A stretch of 64,000 nucleotides of DNA from Gemmatimonadaceae bacterium (GCA_031412375.1 JANOCW010000101.1:4388-68387), one strand, 5' to 3'. Counted from the first letter of the stretch, positions 1 through 9,340 are shown. Notes: generated by a model not told the origin, from the letters alone. Numbers and translations: made by a program.

Positions 1-746
1 TGCTCGAGAATCTGGGCATCGATACGCCCGACGCGGTGCTCGGTCAGATGGTTCGCATCCGAGGCGTGCAGTTCGAGGTGATCGGGATTCTCGAGCCGAA
101 AGGTGGCGCGTCGCCGTTCGGCAATCCCGATGAGAACGTCCTCATCCCCCTGCAGACGGCGCGCTTCCGCACCCACGGAAGTGGATCGCGCCTCAACTCG
201 ATGAGCATCCTCGCGCCGACCGAGGAGTTGATTCCCCAGACCACCGCGGAGATTCAGCGAATCCTTCGCCGCACCCACAAGCTGCGGCCCGGTCGGCCCG
301 ACAATTTCCGGATCAGCAACCAGTCGGAGTTTCTCGTTGCGGCGGCCGACAACCAGAAGACGTTCACCGCACTGCTCGCCGGCATCGCCGGCGTCAGCCT
401 CGTCGTCGGCGGAATCGGCATCATGAACATCATGCTCGTGTCCGTCACCGAGCGCACCCGGGAGATCGGCGTGCGGAAGGCACTCGGCGCCACGAAGGGA
501 ATGATCCTTCTCCAGTTCCTCATCGAGGCAGTCGTGCTGTGCATCCTCGGCGGGATCATCGGCATTCTCGTGGGTGGCGGTGGCGCGATGGCGTTGAGCA
601 GGCAAATGGGGCTGCCGACAACGATCTCGATGTCGTCGATCGTCCTGTCCTTCGTGTTCTCCGCGATCGTGGGCGTGCTGTTCGGCGTGTGGCCGGCGCG
701 CCGTGCCGCGTCGCTCGACCCGATCCAGGCGTTGCGCTACGAGTAG
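1..746 (+). CDS. ABC transporter permease, MacB/FtsX family, C-terminal part (5' end outside window)
   Basis: The frame is open from the window edge to the stop at 744-746. The translation ends in an FtsX-type 4-TM module (AGIAGVSLVVGGIGIMNIMLVSVTERTREIGVRKALGA ... PARRAASLDPIQALRYE), typical of MacB/LolE-type permeases. Confidence 0.8.
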   Translation, partial: LENLGIDTPDAVLGQMVRIRGVQFEVIGILEPKGGASPFGNPDENVLIPLQTARFRTHGSGSRLNSMSILAPTEELIPQTTAEIQRILRRTHKLRPGRPDNFRISNQSEFLVAAADNQKTFTALLAGIAGVSLVVGGIGIMNIMLVSVTERTREIGVRKALGATKGMILLQFLIEAVVLCILGGIIGILVGGGGAMALSRQMGLPTTISMSSIVLSFVFSAIVGVLFGVWPARRAASLDPIQALRYE

Positions 747-822
747 CCGCTGGAACCGACGGACCGCAGCTGGTGAACGCCTCGGGGAGACACCGGGGCG
801 TTTTGATTCCCGGGTACAGGAA

Positions 823-940
823 GGGAGCTGGAAACGGAGTGCACGGTGGTCAGTGATCAGTCATCGGTCATCAGTCGCGGTGAAAGATCCGATGACTGAC
901 CACTGACCACTGATCACTGTTCACTTCGTTTTCAGCTCCC
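823..940. repeat. Palindromic intergenic repeat element, copy A (heptad TCAG family, divergent termini)
   Basis: Terminus GGGAGCTGGAAACGGAGTG (823-841) pairs with CACTTCGTTTTCAGCTCCC (922-940). TCAG/TCGG at 850, 857, 864, 871 and CTGA/CTGT at 896, 903, 910, 917 are in 7-nt register. The element lies between convergent stop codons (746 and 949). Confidence 0.8.
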
Positions 941-948
941 TCCCCCGG

Positions 949-2697
949 TCAGCGGGCATCCCCCACGAGCCAGTGCCGCCACCAGGACGTCTTTCGCTCG
1001 CGCTCCGCCAGCGCTGCACGACGCCACGCCGCCTGCATCTCCGCTGCATCCCCGAACCGTTCGTCGGGGTCGGCCGAGAGACCGCGCCGGAGCCAGTCGG
1101 CGACCTCGGGCGGGAATTGGTGGAGGTCGATGATGCCCGAGAGCTGGCGGGCGAGGATCGTCTGTGCATCGCCGGAGCCGAACGGTGGCTTACCCGTCAG
1201 TACGTACACGACGATCGCCGCGAGCGCGAAGCAGTCAGCGGCGGGCCCCTGCGTTTCGCCAAGCAGCTGCTCGGGAGCGGCGAAGGTGGGCGTTCCCGAG
1301 GCGCTCGCACGGTCTTCACCGGTGACGTTGGCGATCCCGAAGTCGGCGATCTCCCACCGGTTGTAGCGGTCGATGAGCAGGTTTTCCGGCTTGAGGTCAC
1401 GGTGGATGACCCCGATGGCGTGGCCGGCAGCGAGCCCGTCGAGCACGAGATCGATCTGCGGTGCGACCTCCTCGAGTGTGCGCGGCCCGGCACGCGCGAT
1501 GAGATCGGCGACCGACCCGCCTTCGGCGAGCTCCATTGTGTACCACGACACGTCGCCGCGGCTGTCCCAGTCGTAGATCGGAACGATCGCCGGGTGCGAG
1601 AGCTGCGCCGCCAGGCGGGCCTCGCGCCGGAAGCGGGCGACGCTCTGCAGGTCGTTGGTCACGCGGGGATGCAGCATCTTGAGTGCGACCTCGCGCCCGA
1701 GCGAGAGATCGCGAACTCGCCACACCGAACCAAAGTTGCCGCGGCCGAGCGATGCGAGCACCTCGTAGTCGTCACCGGCGGCCCAGCGCAGCCGCGACTC
1801 CTCGGTTTCGAGATCCGACGCGCCGTCGCCTTGCACTTCCGCGGGCGAATGGAGGACGAGCGTCCGCATGCCGATCACCCGGTCGATCGCGCGCAGCAGC
1901 GCGACGACGGAGGGATAGCGGTCGCCGGGGTCGGGTAGCAGTGCGCGGTCGAGCACCGTCGCGATGACCTGCGGACACTCGGGACAGACGAGTCGCACCG
2001 GCGGCACCATGTGCGCGGGCGGCCGTTCTCCGGTGAGCGCCGCGAAGCAGATCGCGGCGAGCTGCCATTGATCGGTGGCGGGCGTCGGGGTCCAGTCGCC
2101 GTTCTCCCACTCGGGAGGAATCGGCATCCCCGCGCGGCTCGGCGTCACCCCGGCGGGGATGTCGTCGCGTGGAACGGTCCATTCCCACCCGAGCAGCCAG
2201 ATGCGCCCGGTCGGTGTGATCCAGATCGTATCATCGGAGAGGGCACCGGACACCGCACCCGAGTCGTGGAGATAGGAGAGCGCGGAACCGGTCGCACGGA
2301 GCAGCTGAAGCAGCAGCTGGACATCGCCTGACGCACTGCGCCGAAAGCGTGATCCGATCGACTCACCGACGATCCAGCGGCGCAGGTACCCGGGACCGCG
2401 CAGGCTGTCCTCGAACGTCGCCCAGTAGTGGTAAGTCGTCGGAATCGTCGGGTGCCCGAAGTGGGCGAGGTGCCGCGCTTCGGACGCGAGCCAGTCGGCG
2501 TGCGACGGGTCGGGTGCAGTGACGAGCGCGAGCGATCGCCCGAGCGCATCAATGACTTCGTGGAAGTGCCGGTATTCACTCGAGATTCCTTCGGCACCCC
2601 ACTGCCACGACGGAGGCAACTGCCAGTCCCTGAGGTGCGTGGGGAGCGGGGGCGCAACCTCGGTGCGCGGCTGCGCGGCAGGATCTCCGGTGGTCAT
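949..2697 (-). CDS. Ser/Thr protein kinase with N-terminal pseudokinase-like domain (tandem kinase architecture)
   Basis: ATG at 2695-2697. The C-terminal half has a full Hanks kinase motif set (GRGNFGSV, VALK, HRDLKPEN, DFG, APE). The N-terminal half looks kinase-like but lacks the catalytic motifs (see findings). Confidence 0.85.
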   Translation of the reverse strand: MTTGDPAAQPRTEVAPPLPTHLRDWQLPPSWQWGAEGISSEYRHFHEVIDALGRSLALVTAPDPSHADWLASEARHLAHFGHPTIPTTYHYWATFEDSLRGPGYLRRWIVGESIGSRFRRSASGDVQLLLQLLRATGSALSYLHDSGAVSGALSDDTIWITPTGRIWLLGWEWTVPRDDIPAGVTPSRAGMPIPPEWENGDWTPTPATDQWQLAAICFAALTGERPPAHMVPPVRLVCPECPQVIATVLDRALLPDPGDRYPSVVALLRAIDRVIGMRTLVLHSPAEVQGDGASDLETEESRLRWAAGDDYEVLASLGRGNFGSVWRVRDLSLGREVALKMLHPRVTNDLQSVARFRREARLAAQLSHPAIVPIYDWDSRGDVSWYTMELAEGGSVADLIARAGPRTLEEVAPQIDLVLDGLAAGHAIGVIHRDLKPENLLIDRYNRWEIADFGIANVTGEDRASASGTPTFAAPEQLLGETQGPAADCFALAAIVVYVLTGKPPFGSGDAQTILARQLSGIIDLHQFPPEVADWLRRGLSADPDERFGDAAEMQAAWRRAALAERERKTSWWRHWLVGDAR

Positions 2698-2725
2698 CGC
2701 CCCGAAATATAGGCCGGGATGACGA

Positions 2726-2754
2726 GAGGGCGAAGAGTCATGCTCTTCGCCCTC
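2726..2754 (-). terminator. Perfect 12-bp hairpin downstream of the CsbD-like gene (no U-tract)
   Basis: GAGGGCGAAGAG (2726-2737), loop tcatg, CTCTTCGCCCTC (2743-2754), located 26 nt past the stop at 2780. No T-run on either strand, so it may be a factor-dependent or stabilising hairpin. Confidence 0.35.
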
Positions 2755-2779
2755 CTGTGCAATTCAGCGGAAGCGCCGA

Positions 2780-2983
2780 TCAGACTGCGTCGTCGGCCTT
2801 CTGCTGGACCTTGCCGAACGTCTGCTGCGCCTTGCCCTTCAGTTCCTGCGCCTTGCCCTTCAGCTGCTCGCTCTCATTGTCGGTGGCGTCGCCGACCTTT
2901 CCACGTACCTTGCCCTCGAGCTCCTTGGCCGCGCCTTCGGTGCGATTCTGCGCGCCGCGCGCGTTAAGATCCTTGTCAGCCAT
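2780..2983 (-). CDS. CsbD-family general stress protein (67 aa)
   Basis: Internal ATG (cat at 2981-2983) gives MADKDLNARGAQNRTEGAAKELEGKVRGKVGDATDNESEQLKGKAQELKGKAQQTFGKVQQKADDAV. This is the classic CsbD repeat pattern. The longer track ORF (to 3205) has an implausible N-terminus. Confidence 0.85.
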   Translation of the reverse strand: MADKDLNARGAQNRTEGAAKELEGKVRGKVGDATDNESEQLKGKAQELKGKAQQTFGKVQQKADDAV

Positions 2984-3131
2984 TGGTTGCTCCCGCAAAT
3001 GAGGTTGCTTGCTGGCCAACCGAGGATCGGTTGGCAGGCGGGTATGAAGGCAAACCCCATGCCGACACCAACCATGTGTTTGCAAGCAACTGCCGCTTGC
3101 GGAATGGTGGTTTCGCCTCGCGGGAGAGACC

Positions 3132-3716
3132 ATGCGGACGGGAGCGCGAACGCTCTTGATCCACTTGCGATCGCCGCCCCATCCTTGGGCCATGGACCAA
3201 CTCATTCAGCTCGAAGTTCCGCAGAAGGGTTCCAGGGTCCTCGCATCCTTCGTGGTCAACGGTGAGCCCGTCTCCGCAGCCATCGCGCCCAATGCGACGC
3301 TGCTCGAGGTGCTGCGCGAGGATCTCGGCCTCACCGGAACGAAGCACGGGTGCGAGCTGGGGGAATGCGGCACCTGCACCGTGCTCGTCGACGGCGTTCC
3401 GCTGTTGTCCTGTCTCGCACTCGGTCTCTCCTGGCGGGGCAGCCGTATCGACACGGTCGAGGGGATGGCGCGTGACGGGGCCCTGCACCCACTGCAGGAT
3501 GCGTTCGCCGAGCTTGGCGCGGCGCAGTGTGGGTACTGCACGCCGGGATTCCTGATCGCCGCGAAAGCACTGCTCGATGCGACTGCCCAACCATCGCGCG
3601 ACGAGATCAAGGAGGCGTTGAGCGGAAATCTCTGTCGCTGCACCGGATACCTGAAAATCTTCGAGGCGGTGGAGCTGGCCGCGATGCGAATCAATGCGGG
3701 GGCCGCAACGCCATGA
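3132..3716 (+). CDS. Molybdenum hydroxylase (xanthine dehydrogenase family) small subunit, 2x[2Fe-2S] (HcrC/CoxS-like)
   Basis: Contains GCELGECGTCTVLVDG...LSC (plant-type 2Fe-2S) and CGYCTPGF...CRCTGY (second 2Fe-2S). ATG at 3132 is preceded by GGGAGAG. An alternative ATG is at 3192. Confidence 0.9.
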   Translation: MRTGARTLLIHLRSPPHPWAMDQLIQLEVPQKGSRVLASFVVNGEPVSAAIAPNATLLEVLREDLGLTGTKHGCELGECGTCTVLVDGVPLLSCLALGLSWRGSRIDTVEGMARDGALHPLQDAFAELGAAQCGYCTPGFLIAAKALLDATAQPSRDEIKEALSGNLCRCTGYLKIFEAVELAAMRINAGAATP

Positions 3717-6226
3717 CGGAGCGCACGGTCATCGGCACTTCGCGGCGAAAGGTCGACGCCACGGCGAAGGTCACGGGAGCGCTCCGCTTCGCCGACGACC
3801 TTTCCCTGCCACGGATGCTGCATTGCAAGCTGCTCCGCTCCCGCCATCCGCACGCCCGCATCGTCCGCATCGACACCACGCGTGCTTCGACGGCGGAGGG
3901 CGTGATCGCGGTGCTCACGGGCCGCGACCTGCCGATCCCGTTCGGGATCCTTCCCGTTTCCGAAGATGAGCACGCCCTCTGCCCCGACGTCGTCCGTTTC
4001 GTCGGCGACCCGGTCGTGGCCGTCGCCGCAACGAGCGAGGAAGCCGCCGCGGCGGCGTGCGACCTGATCGACGTCGAGTACGCGCCGCTCGACACTGTTG
4101 CCTCGATCGACGAGGGGCTGGATCCGGGCAAGCCGCACATTCATGACTACGGCGACGACGGCAACGTGCACAAGCGGGTTTCGATGGAGTTTGGCGAGGT
4201 CGACGCGGGGCTCGCCGCCGCGGATCACGTGCGTGAGGATTTCTTCTTCTATGAGGGGAACACGCACCTGCCGATGGAGCAGCATGCGTCGCTCGCCGAG
4301 TGGTCGGCCGACGGGCGGGTGACCGTGTGGTCGAGCACCCAGACGCCGCATTATCTCCACAAGGCCATCTCCAAGGTGCTCGAGATGTCGCCCGCGCACG
4401 TACGGATCATTGCCACCCCGAACGGCGGCGGCTTCGGCGGCAAGTCCGATCCGTTCAACCACGAGGTGGTCGTCGCGGCGCTCGCGCGCCGAACGGGGCG
4501 ACCGGTCAAGATCGCGCTCACCCGCGAAGAAGTCTTCTACTGCCATCGCGGCCGTCACCCGACGCTGATGCGCATCAAGACCGGGGTGAAGCGCGACGGA
4601 TCCATCCTCGCGATGGACTTCACCTCCTTCCTCGATGGTGGTGCGTACGGGTCGTACGGCGTGGCGAGCACCTACTATACGGGTGCGCTCCAGACCGTGA
4701 CCTACGAAGTCCCGGCCTACCGCTTCCGCGGCGCGAGGGTCTTCACCAACAAGCCGCCGTGCGGCCCGAAGCGGGGTCATGGCACGCCGCAGCCGCGGTT
4801 CGCGCTCGAAGTCCATCTCGACAAGATCGCCGAGGATCTCTCGCTCGATCCGGCCGACATGCGTCGCCGGATGGTGCAGCCGCCCGACTCCGTCACCGCC
4901 AACTGGCTGCGCATCGGCACGATTGCGCTCGGCACCTGCATCGACGAGACGGTGACGGCGAGCGGCTGGCGCGACAAGTTCCGCAAGCTGCCCTTCGGCC
5001 GTGGTGTCGGCATCGCGTGCTCTTCCTACATCTCCGGCGCAGGGCTGCCGATCTACTGGAACAACATGCCCCATTCGAGCGTGCAGCTGAAGCTCGATCG
5101 CTCGGGTGGCGTCGCGGCGTTCTGCGGAGCGACCGACATCGGGCAGGGCTCGGACTCCGTGCTCGCGTACTGCGTCGCCGAGATTCTCGGGATCGAGCCC
5201 CTCGACATCCGCGTCGTCACCGGCGATACCGATCTCACCCCCGTCGACCTTGGCTCCTACTCGTCGCGCGTCACGCTCATGATGGGCAACGCCGCGATCC
5301 AGGCGGCAGAACGCGCAAAGCAGATGTTGATCCCCGCCGTGGCGGAGAAGCTCCACGTGCCCGCGGGCCGCCTTGTGTTTGGCGGACGACGGGTCTTCGA
5401 TGTGGAGCGGCCGGAGACCGGCGTGTCGTTCGCGGAAGCAGTGCAGATCGCCGAAGCGCGCAACGGAGCGATCGGAAGCGTCGGATCGTATACGCCGCCG
5501 CGCTCGCCGGGCCGCTACAAGGGCGCAGGGGTCGGCCCGTCGCCCGCTTATTCGTACTCCTGCGCCGTCGCCGAGGTGGAGGTCGATCCGTTGACCGGCA
5601 TCGTGCGCGTGCCGAAGGTCTGGATCGCCCACGACATTGGCCAGTCCATCAACCCCATGCTCGTCATCGGCCAGGTCGAGGGCGGCGTGTACATGGGACT
5701 CGGTGAGATCCTGATGGAAGAGATGACCTACCGCGATGCCGAGCGGAATCTCGTCCATCATCATCCGAGCATGCTCGAATACAAGAGTCCGACGACGATG
5801 GAGATGTGCGACGTGCACACCATCCTCGTGAACGATCCCGATCCGAACGGGCCGTTCGGCGGCAAGGAGGCCGGTCAGGGTCCGCTGCTGCCGATCATGC
5901 CGGCGGTGGCGAACGCCGTGTTCGACGCGGTGGGTGTGCGGGTGGACGAGGTGCCGTGCTCGCCGCACAAGGTGCTTCGCGCGCTAAAGGAGAAGATGAA
6001 GGGGCGCGCCGCTCGGTACGGGCCGACGTCGGTTCCCGACTACGCCTTTCCGCCGCTGACCCGCATCCTGACGCCAGCGCAGGGGGGCACTGGTCGCGAG
6101 CTCGACGGACGCGCGCACAGCGAAGTCGGCGGTCCTGTTGGCGGTCCTGTTGGCGGTCCTGTTGAGCAGGCTGGCGAAACGACCGCGGCGGCGATCGGCG
6201 GCCTCACCCGGGAGCGGGATCGCTGA
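3713..6226 (+). CDS. Molybdenum hydroxylase large (molybdopterin-binding) subunit (HcrA/CoxL-like) with C-terminal low-complexity tail
   Basis: ATG at 3713 overlaps the small-subunit stop (ATGA). The N-terminus MTERTVIGTSRRKVDATAKVTGALRFADD is typical of aldehyde oxidase/XDH a/b-hammerhead plus Moco domains. The stop at 6224-6226 overlaps the next ATG. Confidence 0.9.
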   Translation: MTERTVIGTSRRKVDATAKVTGALRFADDLSLPRMLHCKLLRSRHPHARIVRIDTTRASTAEGVIAVLTGRDLPIPFGILPVSEDEHALCPDVVRFVGDPVVAVAATSEEAAAAACDLIDVEYAPLDTVASIDEGLDPGKPHIHDYGDDGNVHKRVSMEFGEVDAGLAAADHVREDFFFYEGNTHLPMEQHASLAEWSADGRVTVWSSTQTPHYLHKAISKVLEMSPAHVRIIATPNGGGFGGKSDPFNHEVVVAALARRTGRPVKIALTREEVFYCHRGRHPTLMRIKTGVKRDGSILAMDFTSFLDGGAYGSYGVASTYYTGALQTVTYEVPAYRFRGARVFTNKPPCGPKRGHGTPQPRFALEVHLDKIAEDLSLDPADMRRRMVQPPDSVTANWLRIGTIALGTCIDETVTASGWRDKFRKLPFGRGVGIACSSYISGAGLPIYWNNMPHSSVQLKLDRSGGVAAFCGATDIGQGSDSVLAYCVAEILGIEPLDIRVVTGDTDLTPVDLGSYSSRVTLMMGNAAIQAAERAKQMLIPAVAEKLHVPAGRLVFGGRRVFDVERPETGVSFAEAVQIAEARNGAIGSVGSYTPPRSPGRYKGAGVGPSPAYSYSCAVAEVEVDPLTGIVRVPKVWIAHDIGQSINPMLVIGQVEGGVYMGLGEILMEEMTYRDAERNLVHHHPSMLEYKSPTTMEMCDVHTILVNDPDPNGPFGGKEAGQGPLLPIMPAVANAVFDAVGVRVDEVPCSPHKVLRALKEKMKGRAARYGPTSVPDYAFPPLTRILTPAQGGTGRELDGRAHSEVGGPVGGPVGGPVEQAGETTAAAIGGLTRERDR
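6128..6163 (+). repeat. Perfect 12-bp x3 in-frame tandem repeat (GGPV x3) in the tail of the large subunit
   Basis: ggcggtcctgtt occurs three times back to back at 6128-6163. Confidence 0.95.
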
Positions 6227-7233
6227 TGCTCCGCCTCCCCCGTTTCACCCTGCTCGAGCCGCGCACCATCGACGAGGCCGTCGCGATGCGAGCCTCCGCC
6301 GGTGGCGACACGTCATTCGTCGCGGGCGGGACCGATCTCTATCCCAACATGAAACGCCGGCAGCAGACTCCGGCGACCGTGATCTCCCTCGCGCGCATTC
6401 GCGAGCTGCAGACCGTCACCGGCAGCCCCGAACGGGGAATGACGATCGGCGCCTGCGTCTCGCTGACCACCGTCGCAACCCACCCCGTGCTCGCGCGACA
6501 CTACCATGCCGTCGCCCACGCGGCGCACACCGTCTCGACACCGCTGCTCCGCAACATGGGCACGATGGGCGGCAACCTCCTGCTCGACACGCGCTGCAAC
6601 TACTACGACCAGACATACGAATGGCGAAAGGCGATCGACTTCTGCATGAAGCGCGACGGGACGATCTGCTGGGTCGCGCCGTCGAGCCCGCGCTGCTGGG
6701 CCGTTCAGTCGTCGGACGGCGTGCCGGTCGCCGTCGCCCTCGGGTGCGAGGTGACGCTTGCGAGTGCGCGCGGTGTGCGGCGTATTCCCGCGGCCGCGCT
6801 GTACAACAACGATGGCATGGCCTTCCTGACCAAGGCGCCGGACGAATTGCTGATCGCCTACCACCTGCCTGCCGTCGGGGGCCCCCCGGAGGCCGGCGGA
6901 TCCTGGCGTGCGACGTACCACAAGCTGCGCCGCCGCGAAGCCTTCGACTTCCCCGTGCTCGGTGTTGCCGCGCGCGTCGATCGCGATGGCGACGGGACGG
7001 TCCGCTCGGCGCGCATCGTCCTCGGGGCCGTGGCATCCTATCCGATGGAAATCCCGGAAGCGGCTGCGGCGCTCGTCGGGTCCCGGCTCGACCCTTCCGC
7101 CATCGGCGCCGCTGCCGACGCCGCGTTTCGTCCCGCGAAGCCCATGGACAATACCGACTTCACCCTCGGCTGGCGGAAGGAAATGGTCCGCGTCTACGTC
7201 CAGCGGGCGCTCGAGGAGCTGGCAGAGGACTAA
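6226..7233 (+). CDS. Molybdenum hydroxylase FAD-binding medium subunit with 4-Cys [4Fe-4S] insertion loop (HcrB/PaoB-like)
   Basis: Has the FAD_binding_5 signature (FVAGGTDLYPNMK). Insertion CNYYDQTYEWRKAIDFCMKRDGTICWVAPSSPRC has Cys at residues 124, 140, 148, 157. ATG at 6226 is preceded by GGGAGCGGGA. Confidence 0.9.
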   Translation: MLRLPRFTLLEPRTIDEAVAMRASAGGDTSFVAGGTDLYPNMKRRQQTPATVISLARIRELQTVTGSPERGMTIGACVSLTTVATHPVLARHYHAVAHAAHTVSTPLLRNMGTMGGNLLLDTRCNYYDQTYEWRKAIDFCMKRDGTICWVAPSSPRCWAVQSSDGVPVAVALGCEVTLASARGVRRIPAAALYNNDGMAFLTKAPDELLIAYHLPAVGGPPEAGGSWRATYHKLRRREAFDFPVLGVAARVDRDGDGTVRSARIVLGAVASYPMEIPEAAAALVGSRLDPSAIGAAADAAFRPAKPMDNTDFTLGWRKEMVRVYVQRALEELAED

Positions 7234-7303
7234 TCTTGCATCACCTGGCGTTGGCACCCGCTACACCGCTCGCTGGCGCGGTCTCCTCCGGATGGATTCA
7301 CCC

Positions 7304-9340
7304 ATGAGTGCTGTCCAACCCGGTGGCTCGAGGCCGCCGGCTGACGTTCCCCTCTCCGCCGGGCTCACTGGCGCTCGGCCGGTGCCCCCGCACCGCCAGC
7401 ACGTCGAGCCGAACCCGCACGGCAGGCGTCTCGCGATCCTCGCGCTGACGGCACTCGGTGTCGTCTACGGCGACATCGGCACGAGCCCGCTGTACGCCGT
7501 CAAGGAAGCCTTCGCGTGCAGCGGCGATCGGGTCGTCGCCATCACTTGTCCCGCGATCCGACCTGCGCTCGACGTGCCCGCCGTCTACGGCGTGCTGTCG
7601 CTGATGCTGTGGGCGCTGATCATCGTCGTCAGCATCAAGTACATCGTCTTCATCATGCGCGCGGACAATCGGGGCGAAGGTGGGATCCTCGCCATGCTCG
7701 CCCTCATTCTCCAGCGTGCGCACCGGGCGGGGGATGAGGGACGACGCTTCGCGCTGATCGCCCTCGGGCTGTTCGGTGCATCGCTGCTGTACGGCGAGGG
7801 CATCATCACCCCGGCCGTCTCCGTCCTCAGCGCCGTCGAGGGCCTGAACGTTCTCGCCGAGGGTCATCCAGGTCTCGCGACGGTCCTCTCGTATTACATC
7901 CTGCCGCTCGCGGTAGTGATTCTCTCGACGCTGTTCTACTTCCAGCGCCACGGCACCGCCCGAGTCGGCGTGATCTTCGGGCCGATCATGCTGATCTACT
8001 TCACCGTGATCGCGGTGCTCGGGCTCCGCGAGATCATCCCGCATCCGGGAATCCTCCAGGCCGCGAATCCATGGTACGGCATCCGCTTCCTGTACGATCA
8101 CGGACTCCCCGGCTTTCACATCCTTGGCTCGGTCGTGCTCGTGATCACCGGCGCCGAGGCCCTGTACGCCGACATGGGCCACTTCGGGAAGAAGCCGATT
8201 CGAATCGCATGGTTCGCGTACGTGCTTCCCTGCCTGGTGCTGAGCTACTTCGGCCAGGGAGCGCTCGTCCTCCGCGATCACTCCGCGGTGGACTACCCGT
8301 TCTTCCGGCTCGCCCCTCCCGCCTTTCTCCTGCCGCTGGTGGTTCTCGCGACGATGGCGGCCATCATCGCATCGCAGGCGCTCATCTCGGGTGCGTTCTC
8401 GCTCACCCAGCAGAGCGTGCAGCTCGGGTACACGCCACGCGTCACGATCGTGCATACGTCCGCGCGCGCCGCCGGGCAGATCTACATTCCCGAAGTGAAC
8501 AAGGTGCTGTGGATCGGGTGCATCCTGCTCGTGCTCACCTTCCAGACCGCCGCCAACCTCGCCGCGGCGTACGGCATCGCGGTGACGGGAACGATGGCGA
8601 TCAGCAGCGTGCTCTTCTTCGTCGTCGCCCGCGGTCGGTGGCAGTGGTCGCTCGCCAAGGCCGGAAGCCTTGCGCTCGGGTTCCTCATCGTCGACCTCAC
8701 CTTCTTCAGCGCCAACATCCCGAAGATCCTGCACGGTGGCTGGGTGCCGCTCGCCTTCGGCATCACGCTCTTCACCTTCATGACGACGTGGAAGCGCGGC
8801 CGCGAGATCCTGCGCGACATTCTGCGCCGCGGGTCGCTCCCGCTGGACCTGTTCCTGGAGGATGTGGAGCGCCGGAAGCCCCACCGCGTGCGTGGCACGG
8901 CGGTGTTCATGACGTCGGAGCCCGAAGGCACGCCAGTGGTTCTCCTGCATCACCTGAAGCACAACCAGGTGCTGCATGAGCAGGTCCTCCTCCTCTCGGT
9001 GATCTCCGCCGAGGTCCCCGAGATCAATGACATGGAGCGGGTGACCGTCGAGCGCCTCCCGCACGGATTCTTCCGTGTCACCGCGCGCTACGGGTTCATG
9101 GAAACCCCCGACGTGAAGGAGGTCCTCGCGCTCCTCGCCGATGCGCACGTCACGACCGTTCCGCACGAGACCAGCTACTATCTCGGCCGCGAGCGACTGT
9201 TGCCCCACGGCAACGCGCCGATGTGGGGGTGGAGGAAGAAGGTCTTCATATTCATGTCGCGAAACGCCATCGGGGCGACCCAGTACTTCGGCATCCCGCC
9301 GAATAGGGTGGTGGAGCTGGGGACGCAGATCGAGCTGTAG
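7304..9340 (+). CDS. kup: KUP/HAK/KT family potassium transporter
   Basis: Has LGVVYGDIGTSPLY near the N-terminus, 12 hydrophobic segments, and a conserved C-terminal cytoplasmic domain ending NRVVELGTQIEL. ATG at 7304 (alternative 7292). The track ORF from 6908 overlaps the upstream gene. Confidence 0.9.
   Translation: MSAVQPGGSRPPADVPLSAGLTGARPVPPHRQHVEPNPHGRRLAILALTALGVVYGDIGTSPLYAVKEAFACSGDRVVAITCPAIRPALDVPAVYGVLSLMLWALIIVVSIKYIVFIMRADNRGEGGILAMLALILQRAHRAGDEGRRFALIALGLFGASLLYGEGIITPAVSVLSAVEGLNVLAEGHPGLATVLSYYILPLAVVILSTLFYFQRHGTARVGVIFGPIMLIYFTVIAVLGLREIIPHPGILQAANPWYGIRFLYDHGLPGFHILGSVVLVITGAEALYADMGHFGKKPIRIAWFAYVLPCLVLSYFGQGALVLRDHSAVDYPFFRLAPPAFLLPLVVLATMAAIIASQALISGAFSLTQQSVQLGYTPRVTIVHTSARAAGQIYIPEVNKVLWIGCILLVLTFQTAANLAAAYGIAVTGTMAISSVLFFVVARGRWQWSLAKAGSLALGFLIVDLTFFSANIPKILHGGWVPLAFGITLFTFMTTWKRGREILRDILRRGSLPLDLFLEDVERRKPHRVRGTAVFMTSEPEGTPVVLLHHLKHNQVLHEQVLLLSVISAEVPEINDMERVTVERLPHGFFRVTARYGFMETPDVKEVLALLADAHVTTVPHETSYYLGRERLLPHGNAPMWGWRKKVFIFMSRNAIGATQYFGIPPNRVVELGTQIEL

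Noticed and set aside
703-906. Small ORFs translated across the repeat elements (for example 703-906, 12061-12246, 12316-12540).
   Set aside because: They run through palindromic heptad arrays and have no conserved frame between repeat copies. The repeats are non-coding.
3206-5968. 920-aa ORF on the minus strand.
   Set aside because: It is antisense shadow of the Moco large-subunit gene in high-GC DNA. The translation is Arg/Ala/Gly-rich and has no domain signatures.
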